In this document: piece after piece, positions 1 through 9,788 of the stretch
Layout: the number at the start of each line of letters is the position of its first letter
Position numbering within the stretch: position 1 is the stretch's first letter
Origin: Methyloceanibacter sp.
Lineage (GTDB): Bacteria > Pseudomonadota > Alphaproteobacteria > Rhizobiales > Methyloligellaceae
NCBI GenBank assembly: GCA_029287395.1
Contig: JARFRF010000138.1
Coordinates: forward strand, 20,752-84,751
DNA length: 64,000 nt
Direction: 5' to 3'
The notes under the pieces: generated by a model
Database searches by the model: none
Told to the model about the DNA's origin: nothing
Seen by the model: only the letters and a program-made list of their open reading frames with translations
Program-made: the position numbers and the translations under genes

Positions 1-15
1 GCGGGGTTCGGCGGT

Positions 16-45
16 TATATAGGTGCCAACCCCATGGCTCGCAAG
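16..45 (-). promoter_or_regulatory. Putative RpoH (sigma32) promoter firing leftwards out of the window (likely a heat-shock gene such as dnaK)
   Basis: Minus strand reads CTTGCG-N16-CCTATATA, matching the alphaproteobacterial RpoH consensus CTTGAA-N16/17-CCTATAT; near alkB/grpE/hrcA. Confidence 0.65.
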
Positions 46-203
46 GATAAGAGGCGGCGCGCCCAGCAAGTCACCCGGTGCTTGGGCCTTGGGTCTACCT
101 GTCGCGGTCGGCGGGAGGCCGGCGCACAAGAGATTGCTCTGTGGCGCGCACGCCTGTACGGCAGTATGAGACCTGTTAACTGGCGTGAAGGGGCCGCGGG
201 CGC

Positions 204-800
204 GTGCAGCATTTACCGGAAGAATTTTCAGCCACGGAACAAGCCACTCTGCTGGCCGAAATTCGGAGAATCGTGGGCCGAGCGCCGCTTTTCGTGCCTC
301 GAATGCCGCGTTCAGGCACGCCCATGTCAGTCCGCATGACCAATGCTGGGCCACTTGGCTGGGTGACCGACAAGGAGGGCGGGTATCGCTATCAAGCGAC
401 CCATCCCGAAAGTGGCCGTCCGTGGCCCGATATTCCGGACAGCCTCCTAAATCTATGGGCCAAGCTTGCGGACTATCCCCATCCGCCGGAGGCATGCCTG
501 ATCAACTACTATGGCGGCGCTGCCAAGATGGGATTGCATCAAGATCGCGACGAAGAGGATTTTGCGGCCCCCGTGATCTCGATCTCACTCGGCGACACGG
601 CGATATTTCGGATTGGCGCGACCACGCGCAAAGGGCCAACGCGAAAGCTGGAACTCAGGTCCGGCGACGTTATTGTTCTCGAAGGCGCCGATCGGCTTGC
701 CTATCACGGGATTGACCGCGTGTTGCCCGAAACGAGCGAACTGCTCGAAGAAGGCGGGCGCTTCAACCTCACGCTCCGTCGCGTGACCAAGCCCAACTAG
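204..800 (+). CDS. alkB: Alpha-ketoglutarate-dependent dioxygenase AlkB
   Basis: Motifs GWVTD..GYRY, PEACLINYY, GLHQDRDE, ISLGD, RLAYHGI, RFNLTLRR. Confidence 0.93.
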   Translation: MQHLPEEFSATEQATLLAEIRRIVGRAPLFVPRMPRSGTPMSVRMTNAGPLGWVTDKEGGYRYQATHPESGRPWPDIPDSLLNLWAKLADYPHPPEACLINYYGGAAKMGLHQDRDEEDFAAPVISISLGDTAIFRIGATTRKGPTRKLELRSGDVIVLEGADRLAYHGIDRVLPETSELLEEGGRFNLTLRRVTKPN

Positions 801-815
801 CCAGTCTATCGAGGC

Positions 816-1484
816 CTAACCCTTGGCCGGCGAGTCATCATTGGCGGCACGGCCAGGTCCAAAGCCATTGCCTTGAGGCTCCTCCGCGCCTGCCTTTGGG
901 GTTGGCGCTGGCTTTGGACCGCCTTTAGATACCGCCACCAGCGCAGGGCGCAAAACCCGGTCGCCGATTGTGAAACCCGCCTGCATAACCTGTACCACGG
1001 TGCCTTCAGGCACGTCGGTTGTCGGAACCTCGTACATGGCCTGCTGTTGGTTGGGATCAAATCGTTGCCCCATTGGCTCCAAACGCGTCACCCCATGCTT
1101 TTCCATCATCTTGAGGAGTTCGCGCTCCGTCAGCGCTACGCCCTCAAGGAAGCTCTTCAACGCCGGGTCCTTCCCGGCGGCCTCTTCCGGCACATGTTCG
1201 ATCACGCGGCGCAGGTTGTCACCAATGGTGAGAACGTCCCGAGCAAAGTTCGATATCGCATAGCGCGCCGTGTCTTCCTTCTCCCGTTCAGTGCGGCGCC
1301 GCAGGTTCTCCATATCAGCCATGGTCCGCAGCAACTTGTCGCGCATGTCGGTGTTCTCGGCGAGAAGGGCCTCAAGGTCCCCAGTCACTTCGGCGCTCGC
1401 CTCGTTGCTCGCCATCGCCTCTGGTGAGCCCGGTTGCGCAGGCTGTTTGTCGTTGGGGCGTGGATCGGAAGGTTCGTCCGGCAT
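816..1484 (-). CDS. grpE: Nucleotide exchange factor GrpE
   Basis: ADMENLRRR, FARDVL..DNL, FDPN.QQAM, Q.GF.IGDRVLRPALV.V. Confidence 0.97.
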   Translation of the reverse strand: MPDEPSDPRPNDKQPAQPGSPEAMASNEASAEVTGDLEALLAENTDMRDKLLRTMADMENLRRRTEREKEDTARYAISNFARDVLTIGDNLRRVIEHVPEEAAGKDPALKSFLEGVALTERELLKMMEKHGVTRLEPMGQRFDPNQQQAMYEVPTTDVPEGTVVQVMQAGFTIGDRVLRPALVAVSKGGPKPAPTPKAGAEEPQGNGFGPGRAANDDSPAKG

Positions 1485-1523
1485 CGCATATCTCGGAGGT
1501 CAGAATTGATCGGATGAAGCCCG

Positions 1524-1553
1524 GATATCAACCGGGCGGGCATAAAAATCAAG
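1524..1553 (-). promoter_or_regulatory. Putative RpoH-type promoter of grpE
   Basis: Minus strand CTTGAT-N16-TTGATATC about 40 nt upstream of the grpE ATG. Confidence 0.45.
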
Positions 1554-1624
1554 AGAGATCGACGGAACCGGCCCGGAACGGCTGGTCATTCCGTCGACGG
1601 GCAGTCACAGGTGAGGCCGGCCGC

Positions 1625-2713
1625 CTATGGGGCAAGCCGTCCCAGAAGCCGGGCCGTGTAGTCGACCATCGGAATAATGCGGCCGTAGTTGAGCCGTGCC
1701 GGGCCGATCACGCCGAGGACCCCGACGATCCTTTGTTCAGAATCTTCGAACGGCGATACGATCAGAGCGGATCCCGATAACGAGAACAGATTGTTCTCGG
1801 AACCAATGAAGATACGGACGCCGTCGGCGCGCTCCGCGAGGCCCAGCAGTTGGATAAGCCCCTTCTTGGCGTCGAGGTCCTCAAAAAGCAACCGAACCCG
1901 CTCCAAGTCTTCCATCGCTTTGATGTCTTCGAGAAGGTGCGCGTGGCCGCAAACAAGCAGGCTCTGCCGGTCGTTGGCGTCTACGGACCAAGTCGCCAGG
2001 CCGTCTGTTACCACTTGGGCAGTCAGCTCATCGAGCTGGGCACGACGCTCTTCGATCTCTGTCTCGACGCGCTTGCGTGCCTCTCCAAGCGTCATGCCGG
2101 TGATGCGCGCGTTCATGTAGTTGGTGGCTTCGTTCAGCGACGATGAAGGCAACCCCTCGGGAATCGCCACGATGCGGTTTTCGACATCTCCGTCTTCGCT
2201 CACCAATACCGCTAGGGCTTGGCCTTGACCGAGATTGACGAATTCAACGTGGCGCAGCGTCTTGCTTTGCTTTTCGGCGAGCACAACACCAGCGCAGCGT
2301 GATAGACCCGACAGCATTTCACCGGCTTCGGCGAGATAGTCGTCGATGCCGCGATGCCGACCGCTTGCGACCATGCGCGCTTCAATCTCGGTTCGCTCCG
2401 CTTCGGAAACGTCTCCGATCTCCAAAAGCCCGTCCACAAAGAGCCGTAAGCCGGTTTGCGTCGGTAGCCGACCAGCACTTGTATGCGGCGCGTAGATGAG
2501 ACCGAGATGCTCGAGGTCGGACATGACGTTGCGAACGGAGGCCGGCGACAACGTCATCGGCAAGGCGCGACTCAGATTGCGCGACCCGACGGGTTCGCCT
2601 GTCTCCAGATATGTCTCAACGATTTGGCGAAAGATTTCTCGCGACCGCTCGTTGAGCTGACGAAGCCCGACAGAGGAATCCGCCTTGGCACCGTTAGTGT
2701 CTACATGTCCCAT
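1625..2713 (-). CDS. hrcA: Heat-inducible transcriptional repressor HrcA
   Basis: [44 protein letters not shown]. Confidence 0.97.
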   Translation of the reverse strand: MGHVDTNGAKADSSVGLRQLNERSREIFRQIVETYLETGEPVGSRNLSRALPMTLSPASVRNVMSDLEHLGLIYAPHTSAGRLPTQTGLRLFVDGLLEIGDVSEAERTEIEARMVASGRHRGIDDYLAEAGEMLSGLSRCAGVVLAEKQSKTLRHVEFVNLGQGQALAVLVSEDGDVENRIVAIPEGLPSSSLNEATNYMNARITGMTLGEARKRVETEIEERRAQLDELTAQVVTDGLATWSVDANDRQSLLVCGHAHLLEDIKAMEDLERVRLLFEDLDAKKGLIQLLGLAERADGVRIFIGSENNLFSLSGSALIVSPFEDSEQRIVGVLGVIGPARLNYGRIIPMVDYTARLLGRLAP

Positions 2714-2720
2714 GCAGGAA

Positions 2721-2749
2721 ACTTAGGAAGCGCTCCGCACGGCGTCAAA
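2721..2749 (-). promoter_or_regulatory. Putative promoter of hrcA (RpoH-like)
   Basis: Minus strand TTTGACG-N15-CCTAAGT ending 7 nt before the hrcA ATG. Confidence 0.4.
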
Positions 2750-2779
2750 CCGTGTTGACCACGGCGTTTCCCCCATCAC

Positions 2780-3772
2780 TCAGTTGAGCGGCCCGAAATT
2801 CTGGGTAACGGGCGTGGGTAGTTCGTCCGGGGCGCCGAAATGTGCGAAGTAGCGCGAGTTGATATGCTCCACCGGCAAGATAATCAGAACATCGGTTGTC
2901 CCAAACTGTCGATCGATCACGGCCCCGTCGCCGATATAGGCCCCGAGCCGCATGTATCCCTTGATAAGCGGCGGCATCGCCTTCAGCGCGGTGCGCATAT
3001 TCAGCGCTTCCTTCGGCATCATGTTCATATCGACGCGCAGATGGTCGTGCGCCGCGACACGCCATTCTTCCGGTGCTCGTGCGGTGTGATGCAGGAAACT
3101 GAGTGCCATCGCGTGCTGAACGGGGTCCACTCCTGGGAAGCTGGCGCAGCCGATCATTACATCGACCCGGTGCTGCCGAACGTAGGACCAGATGCCGTGC
3201 CACAGAAGCTCAACGGTTCTGCGATTCCGATAAGGCTTCAACACGCATGAGCGGCCGAGCTCCATAAAGCTAGCACCCGGTTTGGATTGAATTAGCGGGG
3301 CAATGTCGTATTCGCTCTGCGTGTAGAACCCGTCATGCACATCAGCGATATCCTGACGCAGCACGCGGTAGGTGCCCACCACATTGGGTCGTCGCCATCC
3401 TTTGCGGTTGGGATCGCCGTGGTCCAAGACCAGCAGATGGTCGAAGATGGGATCAAAAGCATCCTCGTCGCGTCGCGACAGCATCGCTAATGCGGTGGGC
3501 GTGGCGGCCATCTCCTCGTAAAAGACCTTGTAGCGAAGGCGCTGTGCTCGGCGAATTTCGCTCTTCTTGCGGGCGAGACGAACCTCAAGCGAGCCGATTC
3601 GGCCATAGACCGGTGCTGGCTGCGAACGTTCGCGAAGGCCGACTGCGAAACCAAGGCCTCTGCCCATGAGCGGGAGTGAGCCTGGGACGCCAGCCCGAAA
3701 ATTTAAGCCGGGAAACTTCGCGCCAGGGAGGAACAGTTCTGCAAATCGTCCCGGAGTCGTTTTTGTCGGCAT
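2780..3772 (-). CDS. olsB: GNAT-family N-acyltransferase, ornithine lipid N-acyltransferase OlsB-like
   Basis: AQRLRYKVFYEEM, D.FDP..DHLLVLD, VGTYR, ELGRSCVL..YR, PPLIKGY.RLGA, DRQFGTTDV; start set at MPTK (ORF extends to 3868). Confidence 0.75.
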   Translation of the reverse strand: MPTKTTPGRFAELFLPGAKFPGLNFRAGVPGSLPLMGRGLGFAVGLRERSQPAPVYGRIGSLEVRLARKKSEIRRAQRLRYKVFYEEMAATPTALAMLSRRDEDAFDPIFDHLLVLDHGDPNRKGWRRPNVVGTYRVLRQDIADVHDGFYTQSEYDIAPLIQSKPGASFMELGRSCVLKPYRNRRTVELLWHGIWSYVRQHRVDVMIGCASFPGVDPVQHAMALSFLHHTARAPEEWRVAAHDHLRVDMNMMPKEALNMRTALKAMPPLIKGYMRLGAYIGDGAVIDRQFGTTDVLIILPVEHINSRYFAHFGAPDELPTPVTQNFGPLN

Positions 3773-4222
3773 GGGTGTACCTACCTGACAACATTGGGGA
3801 ACGTGCCGTGAGAGCTGAGTGGGCTCTCTATGGTTCGCAGGGCCTTCCGACCACTCCGATTCGGCCACATCTGAACCGCGTTAGCAAACCAATTCGAACC
3901 CTATATGACAGGCAGTGGATATTCGCAGACACCGGGCGAGCGCATCAGACCGCGAGCTCTGTGTGGCGCAGAGCTTCGCCTCGATAACTCAACGGTTCTG
4001 CCACGTGAATTCAGGCAACTGTCTCGGCTCCGTCCAAATCCGCCAAGGTGCGCGCAACCCGAAAGGTACGGTGATAACCGCGCGCGCTAGTTCCCAAAGT
4101 CCGAGCCGCGTCGCGCAAGAGCCCAAGCCCCTCTTTGTCGGGCGCCGCGACCTCCTTCAATCCCGACCTGCTTCAATAATGAAGGGCTCCGCAAATCCGT
4201 CCGATCGTGTTTCTCTCGCCTT

Positions 4223-4642
4223 ATGCGAGTCGACTCAGCCAAGAGCGCTCTTCTGATCCACGCGGTCGCCTATATCGCGGTGATCGCGCTATGCGCCGCG
4301 TTCGCCCTGTCACACAGCCCCCCGCGCCAATGGTTCCTGTGGGTGGCCGCCGGTTGGGGCATTGGGCTCGCCGCCCATGCGCTGGCGGTCTGGCTTACGC
4401 AAGCGCGCCATAGCGTCCGCGTGCTCGCCGATCCGCGGGTCCGCGGTTTGGCAATCCATGCTTTCGTGTATGTGGCTTTCGTTGCCCTGCTTTTCGGCGT
4501 CAACATCGCGGCCGGCACGCATCATTGGTGGGCTGTCTGGGTTGCGCTAGGCTGGGGTGTCGGTGCTACGGTCCATGGCTGGGCTGCGCTTGTGAACAGG
4601 CGCCGTCCAACCCGTTCGTCGGAGCGCCGCAGCGAGCCTTAG
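4223..4642 (+). CDS. Small membrane protein with two tandem 2TM-domain repeats
   Basis: Two copies of H...Y......W..W...GWG.G...H with hydrophobic helices. Confidence 0.7.
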   Translation: MRVDSAKSALLIHAVAYIAVIALCAAFALSHSPPRQWFLWVAAGWGIGLAAHALAVWLTQARHSVRVLADPRVRGLAIHAFVYVAFVALLFGVNIAAGTHHWWAVWVALGWGVGATVHGWAALVNRRRPTRSSERRSEP

Positions 4643-5586
4643 CGCTCAGCAATCTTCTGCTCAGCCACATCCCAGATCATCGCGGCGATATCGTTGCCGC
4701 CGAACTCCTTGACCTGCCGTATCCCCGTTGGTGAGGTTACGTTGATCTCGGTGAGATAGTCGCCTATCACATCGATGCCAGTAAAAATCAGTCCACGTCG
4801 TTTAAGCTCCGACGAGAGCCGAGCACAGATCTCCTCTTCGCGTGGCGTTAGCGTTGTGGCTTTGGCGGTCCCGCCTACGTGCAAGTTCGAGCGCGTCTCG
4901 TCGGCCGCCGGAACCCTGTTGAGGGCCCCCGCGAATTTGCCATCGACCAAGATGATACGCTTGTCCCCAGCCCGCACCTCGGGGAGGTAGCGTTGCACCA
5001 TGATGGGCTCTCGGAAGGTCTGTCCCAAGAGTTCGATCAGCGAGTTGAGGTTCGTGTCGCCCTCGGCGATCCGGAAGATCGCCGCGCCGCCGTTCCCATA
5101 AAGCGGTTTCACCACGATGTCCTTGTGTTCCTCGCGAAAGGCGCGGATTTCGTCTGGCGAACGGGTCACGAGCGTCGGCGGCATCAGATCGAGAAAATCG
5201 AGCACGAAGATCTTCTCGGGTGCGTTGCGGACAGAAGCCGGGTCGTTGACCACAACCGGTCTGGGTTGCAAGCGCTCAAGCAGGTGAGTCGTCGTGATGT
5301 AGGCCATGTCGAAGGGCGGATCCTGGCGGAGCTGCACCACGTCGAAGTCGGCAAGGTCGACGCTTCGTGGGTGCGCGAGCCGATAGTGGTCGCCGGGTTT
5401 GTCTTCGACCGTGAGGCTATGACCGAATGCAATCAGCCTGCCATCTTTCAGCGAGAGATTGGGAGGCGTGTAGTAGAACACGTCGTGGCCGCGCCGTTGA
5501 GCTTCCAAGAGAAGCGCGAAGGTCGAATCCCCATTGATGTCGATGAGCTCTATGGGGTCCATTTGAAACGCGACTTTGAGTGCCAT
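4639..5586 (-). CDS. gshB: Glutathione synthetase
   Basis: [52 protein letters not shown]; start at ATG 5586. Confidence 0.97.
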   Translation of the reverse strand: MALKVAFQMDPIELIDINGDSTFALLLEAQRRGHDVFYYTPPNLSLKDGRLIAFGHSLTVEDKPGDHYRLAHPRSVDLADFDVVQLRQDPPFDMAYITTTHLLERLQPRPVVVNDPASVRNAPEKIFVLDFLDLMPPTLVTRSPDEIRAFREEHKDIVVKPLYGNGGAAIFRIAEGDTNLNSLIELLGQTFREPIMVQRYLPEVRAGDKRIILVDGKFAGALNRVPAADETRSNLHVGGTAKATTLTPREEEICARLSSELKRRGLIFTGIDVIGDYLTEINVTSPTGIRQVKEFGGNDIAAMIWDVAEQKIAER

Positions 5587-5694
5587 GGTGTCCTGCGAGG
5601 TATTTGGCGGCCAGTTGCGGCGAAACTTGACCGTTAGGGAGCCGCATTTCAAGCATGACCATTTCAAGGGTGTTTGAACCGGCGTCTGGTGCCG

Positions 5695-6054
5695 TCAGAT
5701 AGGGAACGCGTTCTTTACGTGGCGTGGCCAGGACCAAAGTGCACAAAGCACGACATCGAAGCCAATAGCGTAGTCGACGAAATGGGGGTGGCTCGATAGC
5801 CAATACTGAGCCGCGCGCATAATGCGCCGCTTCTGCTTCGCCGTTACCGCAAAGGCTGCATGCGCTTGTGTTTTCCGCCGTTTCAGTTCCACGAATGCGA
5901 GGCGCTCCCCGTTTGTCGCGACGAGATCGACCTCGCCAACCGGCGAACGGTAGCGTCTTACAATAATGCGATAGCCTTTGAGACTGAATAGTATCGCGGC
6001 CAGCGTCTCGGCTAAGACACCGTCTCGGTATGCTCGGACCCGAGCCTTGCTCAT
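5695..6054 (-). CDS. yraN: YraN family (UPF0102) endonuclease-like protein
   Basis: AE..A...KGY.I..RRYRSPVGEVDLVA, AFVE.K.R; 4-nt overlap with rsmI. Confidence 0.9.
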   Translation of the reverse strand: MSKARVRAYRDGVLAETLAAILFSLKGYRIIVRRYRSPVGEVDLVATNGERLAFVELKRRKTQAHAAFAVTAKQKRRIMRAAQYWLSSHPHFVDYAIGFDVVLCALWSWPRHVKNAFPI

Positions 6055-6974
6055 GGCGTTCCGCGCTTTGTCAGAGAAAGCCCTAGCTCGTAGACTCGTG
6101 CCCGCTTTACTTGGTGTGCATCGGTCACTGCGCGAACGGCGTCGCGCAGGGTCATGGTTTCGAGTGCCGCCGAAAGGTCTGCAGCGAGCCGTGCATCGTC
6201 GACGTGCGTTGCTTCACTACGTGGTGGGGCGATTACGACGGCCACTTCACCTTTGACGGAGGAGTTCGCGATATCGGCGGCCAGTGACTCCAGCGTCCCG
6301 CAATAAAGGGTCTCGTGCAGCTTCGTAAGTTCGCGCGCGATCACCGCTTCGCGCGGTCCTAAGGCTTTGCCCATGTCAACAAGGCTCTTTGCAAGCCGCG
6401 GTGCCGTCTCAAAGAAGACGAGCGTCGTAGGCACGTCCTTGAAAGTGGCGAGGCGAATCATACGCTGGCCCGTTCGTGGCGGCAGGAACCCGCCGAACAA
6501 GAAAGAGTCGGTGGGGAGCCCTGCGCTCGTCAGCGCGGCGAGTGCCGCTGAAGGTCCGGGAATACTCGTTACAAGAAGCCCCGCATTGAGCGCCTCCCGT
6601 ACAAGCTTGTATCCGGGGTCGGATACAAGAGGCGTTCCAGCATCGGATATGAGTGCTACCGCGTCGCCTGCTTCGATCTTTGCGAGCAGCTTTGGGCGCT
6701 CTCGTGCTGCGTTGTGGTCGTGGTAGGCCGTCAACTCCCTAGAGATGTTGTAGTGCGACAGCAGCTTGCGGGAGTGCCGCGTATCTTCGGCAGCGATTAG
6801 CTGTGCGCGCGCGAGAACCGCGAGCGCCCTCAGCGAGATGTCGGCGAGATTGCCAATCGGCGTCGCAACGACATAGAGGCCCGCCGCGAGCGGTCGGTCC
6901 AGCAGCTCGGCGAGCGCTTCACTTGTTCGGGCAACTGTTCTCGTTCTGGCTTCTGCACTGCCGTCGTCAGGCAC
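6051..6974 (-). CDS. rsmI: 16S rRNA (cytidine1402-2'-O)-methyltransferase
   Basis: LYVVATPIGNL.DIS.RAL, EDTR, SDAGTPLVSDPG, ARELTKLHE. Confidence 0.96.
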   Translation of the reverse strand: MPDDGSAEARTRTVARTSEALAELLDRPLAAGLYVVATPIGNLADISLRALAVLARAQLIAAEDTRHSRKLLSHYNISRELTAYHDHNAARERPKLLAKIEAGDAVALISDAGTPLVSDPGYKLVREALNAGLLVTSIPGPSAALAALTSAGLPTDSFLFGGFLPPRTGQRMIRLATFKDVPTTLVFFETAPRLAKSLVDMGKALGPREAVIARELTKLHETLYCGTLESLAADIANSSVKGEVAVVIAPPRSEATHVDDARLAADLSAALETMTLRDAVRAVTDAHQVKRARVYELGLSLTKRGTP

Positions 6975-7049
6975 AGGGTCTGTTTCCCTTGTCCGTCGCG
7001 ATATCGAACGAATACGTTATGCGGATTCGGACGCGTGCGCACCCGTCGC

Positions 7050-8228
7050 TCAGGCGGCTAGCTCCACGATCATGCGCTCCAACACGAGCCGCCCTCGAAC
7101 TGTCGCCATAAGGCGCGCTCCATCCCGAAGTAGCAAGCCGTCCTCAACAAGAGTGGTTATGCGCGTTTCATCAAGCGGCTCGCCTGCCAACGCCTCAAAG
7201 CGCGAAACATCGATGCCTTCGGTCAATCTTAAGGCCATCAGCAGATACTCCTCCGCCGCTTCGCGCTTTGTCAGCGCTTCATCGCTGACTAGCCCATGGC
7301 CGTGGACTTCGACGTGAGCTAGCCAGTCCTCCGGGAGTCGCAACGTGGAAAGGGCGCGTCTTACGCCGTCCGTTGTGATACGCGCATGCGCGCCCGCACC
7401 GACGCCCACATAGTCGTGTCCATGCCAGTAGACGAGGTTGTGCCGGGACTCCGCGCTTCGCTTGGCATGATTGGAAACCTCGTAAGCGGGCAAGCCTGCC
7501 GCGTTGCAGAGCTCCTGGGTTGCAAGATACATGTCACGTGCTGTCTCGCCGTGGGGCACCCGCAAGCGCCCGGCTTCGTGAAGCGCGGCGAAGGGTGTTC
7601 CGTCCTCGATTGTCAGCTGGTACAGCGACAGATGATCGACGGCGAAGGAAAGCGCGCGGTTGAGCTCCATTCGCCAGTCCGCTAGCGACTGGCCTTCGCG
7701 GGCGTAAATCAGGTCGAACGAAATACGGTCAAAGGTCTCCCGCGCCAGGGCGAAGGCGGCCAATGCCTCTTCCGCCGTGTGCAACCGGCCCAGCGCCTTC
7801 AGGCTCCTATCGTCCAAGGCTTGGACTCCGAGCGACAGCCGGTTGACGCCTGCGGACGCGTAGCCGCGAAAGTTCCCCGCCTCCACGCTGGTGGGATTAG
7901 CCTCAAGGGTGATCTCCGCATCCTCATCGAGAGTCCAGTGCTCCGCGATCCTCTCGAGGATGGCGCCTGTTATGTGCGGCGACATGAGCGACGGCGTGCC
8001 GCCGCCAAAAAAGACGCTTGTGACTTCGCGACCCGGCGTGCGCTCCGCGAAATAGGCAAGCTCCTTTAGGTACGCAGCCAGGAACCGGTCTCCATCGATA
8101 CCCCCATGGCGGACATGCGAGTTGAAGTCGCAATACGGACACTTGGCCGCGCAGAACGGCCAGTGCACATAAACGCCGAAAGGCTCCGCGGCAGTTGCGA
8201 CGTCAGTCTGAAGCGCCGTCTTCGGCAT
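7050..8228 (-). CDS. hemW: Radical SAM heme chaperone HemW
   Basis: [44 protein letters not shown]. Confidence 0.95.
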   Translation of the reverse strand: MPKTALQTDVATAAEPFGVYVHWPFCAAKCPYCDFNSHVRHGGIDGDRFLAAYLKELAYFAERTPGREVTSVFFGGGTPSLMSPHITGAILERIAEHWTLDEDAEITLEANPTSVEAGNFRGYASAGVNRLSLGVQALDDRSLKALGRLHTAEEALAAFALARETFDRISFDLIYAREGQSLADWRMELNRALSFAVDHLSLYQLTIEDGTPFAALHEAGRLRVPHGETARDMYLATQELCNAAGLPAYEVSNHAKRSAESRHNLVYWHGHDYVGVGAGAHARITTDGVRRALSTLRLPEDWLAHVEVHGHGLVSDEALTKREAAEEYLLMALRLTEGIDVSRFEALAGEPLDETRITTLVEDGLLLRDGARLMATVRGRLVLERMIVELAA

Positions 8229-8850
8229 AATTTGCTGCCATCAGCTGTTCGAAGGCCCGCATGCGATGCGATAGCTCGTTCTTGAGCGCCGGGTCCATCT
8301 CGCCAAATGTCTCTGTGTGTCCCTCCGGCACAAAGATCGGATCGTAGCCAAACCCTCGGTCTCCACGAGGGGGCCATTGGATGTGCCCGAACACGCGTCC
8401 CGTGTAGACGGCTTCGCCGCCGTCGGGGGCGGCAAGCGCGAGAGCGCAAGTAAAGTTGGCGCGACTGAAGGCACCGCCCGTCGCTTCGAGTGCCTCGTGC
8501 ACCTTTTGCATAGCAAGTCCAAAGTCCTTCGTCGGCCCACCCCAACGCGCCGAATGAATGCCAGGATCGCCGCCGAGAGCCTCGACCTCTAGCCCGGAAT
8601 CGTCCGAGAGGGCGAGCATGCCCGAGCCTTGCGCTGACGCATGGGCCTTGAGCAACGCGTTTTCCTCGAACGTGTCGCCGGTTTCCTCTGGTTCCGGAAG
8701 ATCAAGGCTGCCTGCGGAGACGCAGACGATCCCATAGGGCTCGAACAGTTCGCCGAGTTCGCGAACCTTGCCCTCGTTGTGGCTGGCAATAACGATTTTC
8801 GAGCCACGATGCAGGACGCTCGATCCGAGCACGGTCGCCTCCTTAGGCAA
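8203..8850 (-). CDS. rdgB: Non-canonical purine NTP pyrophosphatase RdgB/HAM1
   Basis: [33 protein letters not shown]. Confidence 0.96.
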   Translation of the reverse strand: MPKEATVLGSSVLHRGSKIVIASHNEGKVRELGELFEPYGIVCVSAGSLDLPEPEETGDTFEENALLKAHASAQGSGMLALSDDSGLEVEALGGDPGIHSARWGGPTKDFGLAMQKVHEALEATGGAFSRANFTCALALAAPDGGEAVYTGRVFGHIQWPPRGDRGFGYDPIFVPEGHTETFGEMDPALKNELSHRMRAFEQLMAANYAEDGASD

Positions 8851-9559
8851 TGGTCATTTTTTGTAGCTCGACCAATTCGGCGATGCCGGCCCGCGCGAGC
8901 CCCATCAACTGATCGAACTGCTCAAGGCTGAACGGTTCGGTCTCGGCCGTGCCTTGCACCTCGACGATGCCGCCCGCGCCGGTCATGACGAAATTAGCGT
9001 CCGCGTCGGCTTCTGAGTCCTCGGCGTAGTCGAGATCAAGCACCGCCTCGCCGCCATACAGGCCGCAGGACACCGCGGCGACGTGGTCGCGCAGGACATC
9101 GCCTTTGATCATGTCGCGCGCCTCCATCCAGGCCAGTGCGTCATGCAACGCGACCCAGGCGCCCGTAATCGAGGCTGTTCGGGTGCCCCCATCGGCCTGA
9201 AGAACATCGCAATCGACGACAATCTGCTTCTCGGCAATGCCTGCGAGATTGGTCACGGCACGCAAAGACCGGCCAATCAAGCGCTGAATTTCCTGGGTCC
9301 GCCCAGACTGCTTCCCGGCGGCGGCTTCTCGGCGGGTGCGGTCGTGCGTGGAGCGCGGCAGCATGCCGTACTCCGCCGTCACCCAGCCGCGCCCCGACCC
9401 TTTCAGCCAAGGTGGAACGGACTCGGCAACCGATGCGGTACACAGGACGTGGGTCTCGCCGAAGCGAACTAGGCAGGAGCCTTCTGCGTGACGCGAAGCA
9501 GCGCGTTCGAGGCTCACAGGGCGCAATGCGTCGGGTGCACGGTTTGACGGGCGTGTTAT
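8843..9559 (-). CDS. rph: Ribonuclease PH
   Basis: [45 protein letters not shown]; probable ATA start at 9559 behind SD GAGGAG (ORF track uses GTG 9610). Confidence 0.95.
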   Translation of the reverse strand: MTRPSNRAPDALRPVSLERAASRHAEGSCLVRFGETHVLCTASVAESVPPWLKGSGRGWVTAEYGMLPRSTHDRTRREAAAGKQSGRTQEIQRLIGRSLRAVTNLAGIAEKQIVVDCDVLQADGGTRTASITGAWVALHDALAWMEARDMIKGDVLRDHVAAVSCGLYGGEAVLDLDYAEDSEADADANFVMTGAGGIVEVQGTAETEPFSLEQFDQLMGLARAGIAELVELQKMTIA

Positions 9560-9788
9560 GGCGGCTCTCCTCAAGAGAAAGGAATTAAGGCCGCGCACCC
9601 TAGAGGACACCGAAACGCGCGGAAAGCCCTTTAGCCAAATGTACGCAGCGAGAACCCTTGTCTGCCCCGCGGTAAGGAATCGGGACTGTTGCGATCGCCT
9701 GGCGCGGCGAAGTCCTGAGCTTGCACGGAGCAGCGGGCGTTACGGGTGTTCTTGCAACCTGGGATGAAGAGGTTGCAGTGCCGCTCAA

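Noticed and set aside
3905-3911. Pho box upstream of olsB
   Set aside because: Single CTGTCAT half-site with no second repeat at an 11-bp period.
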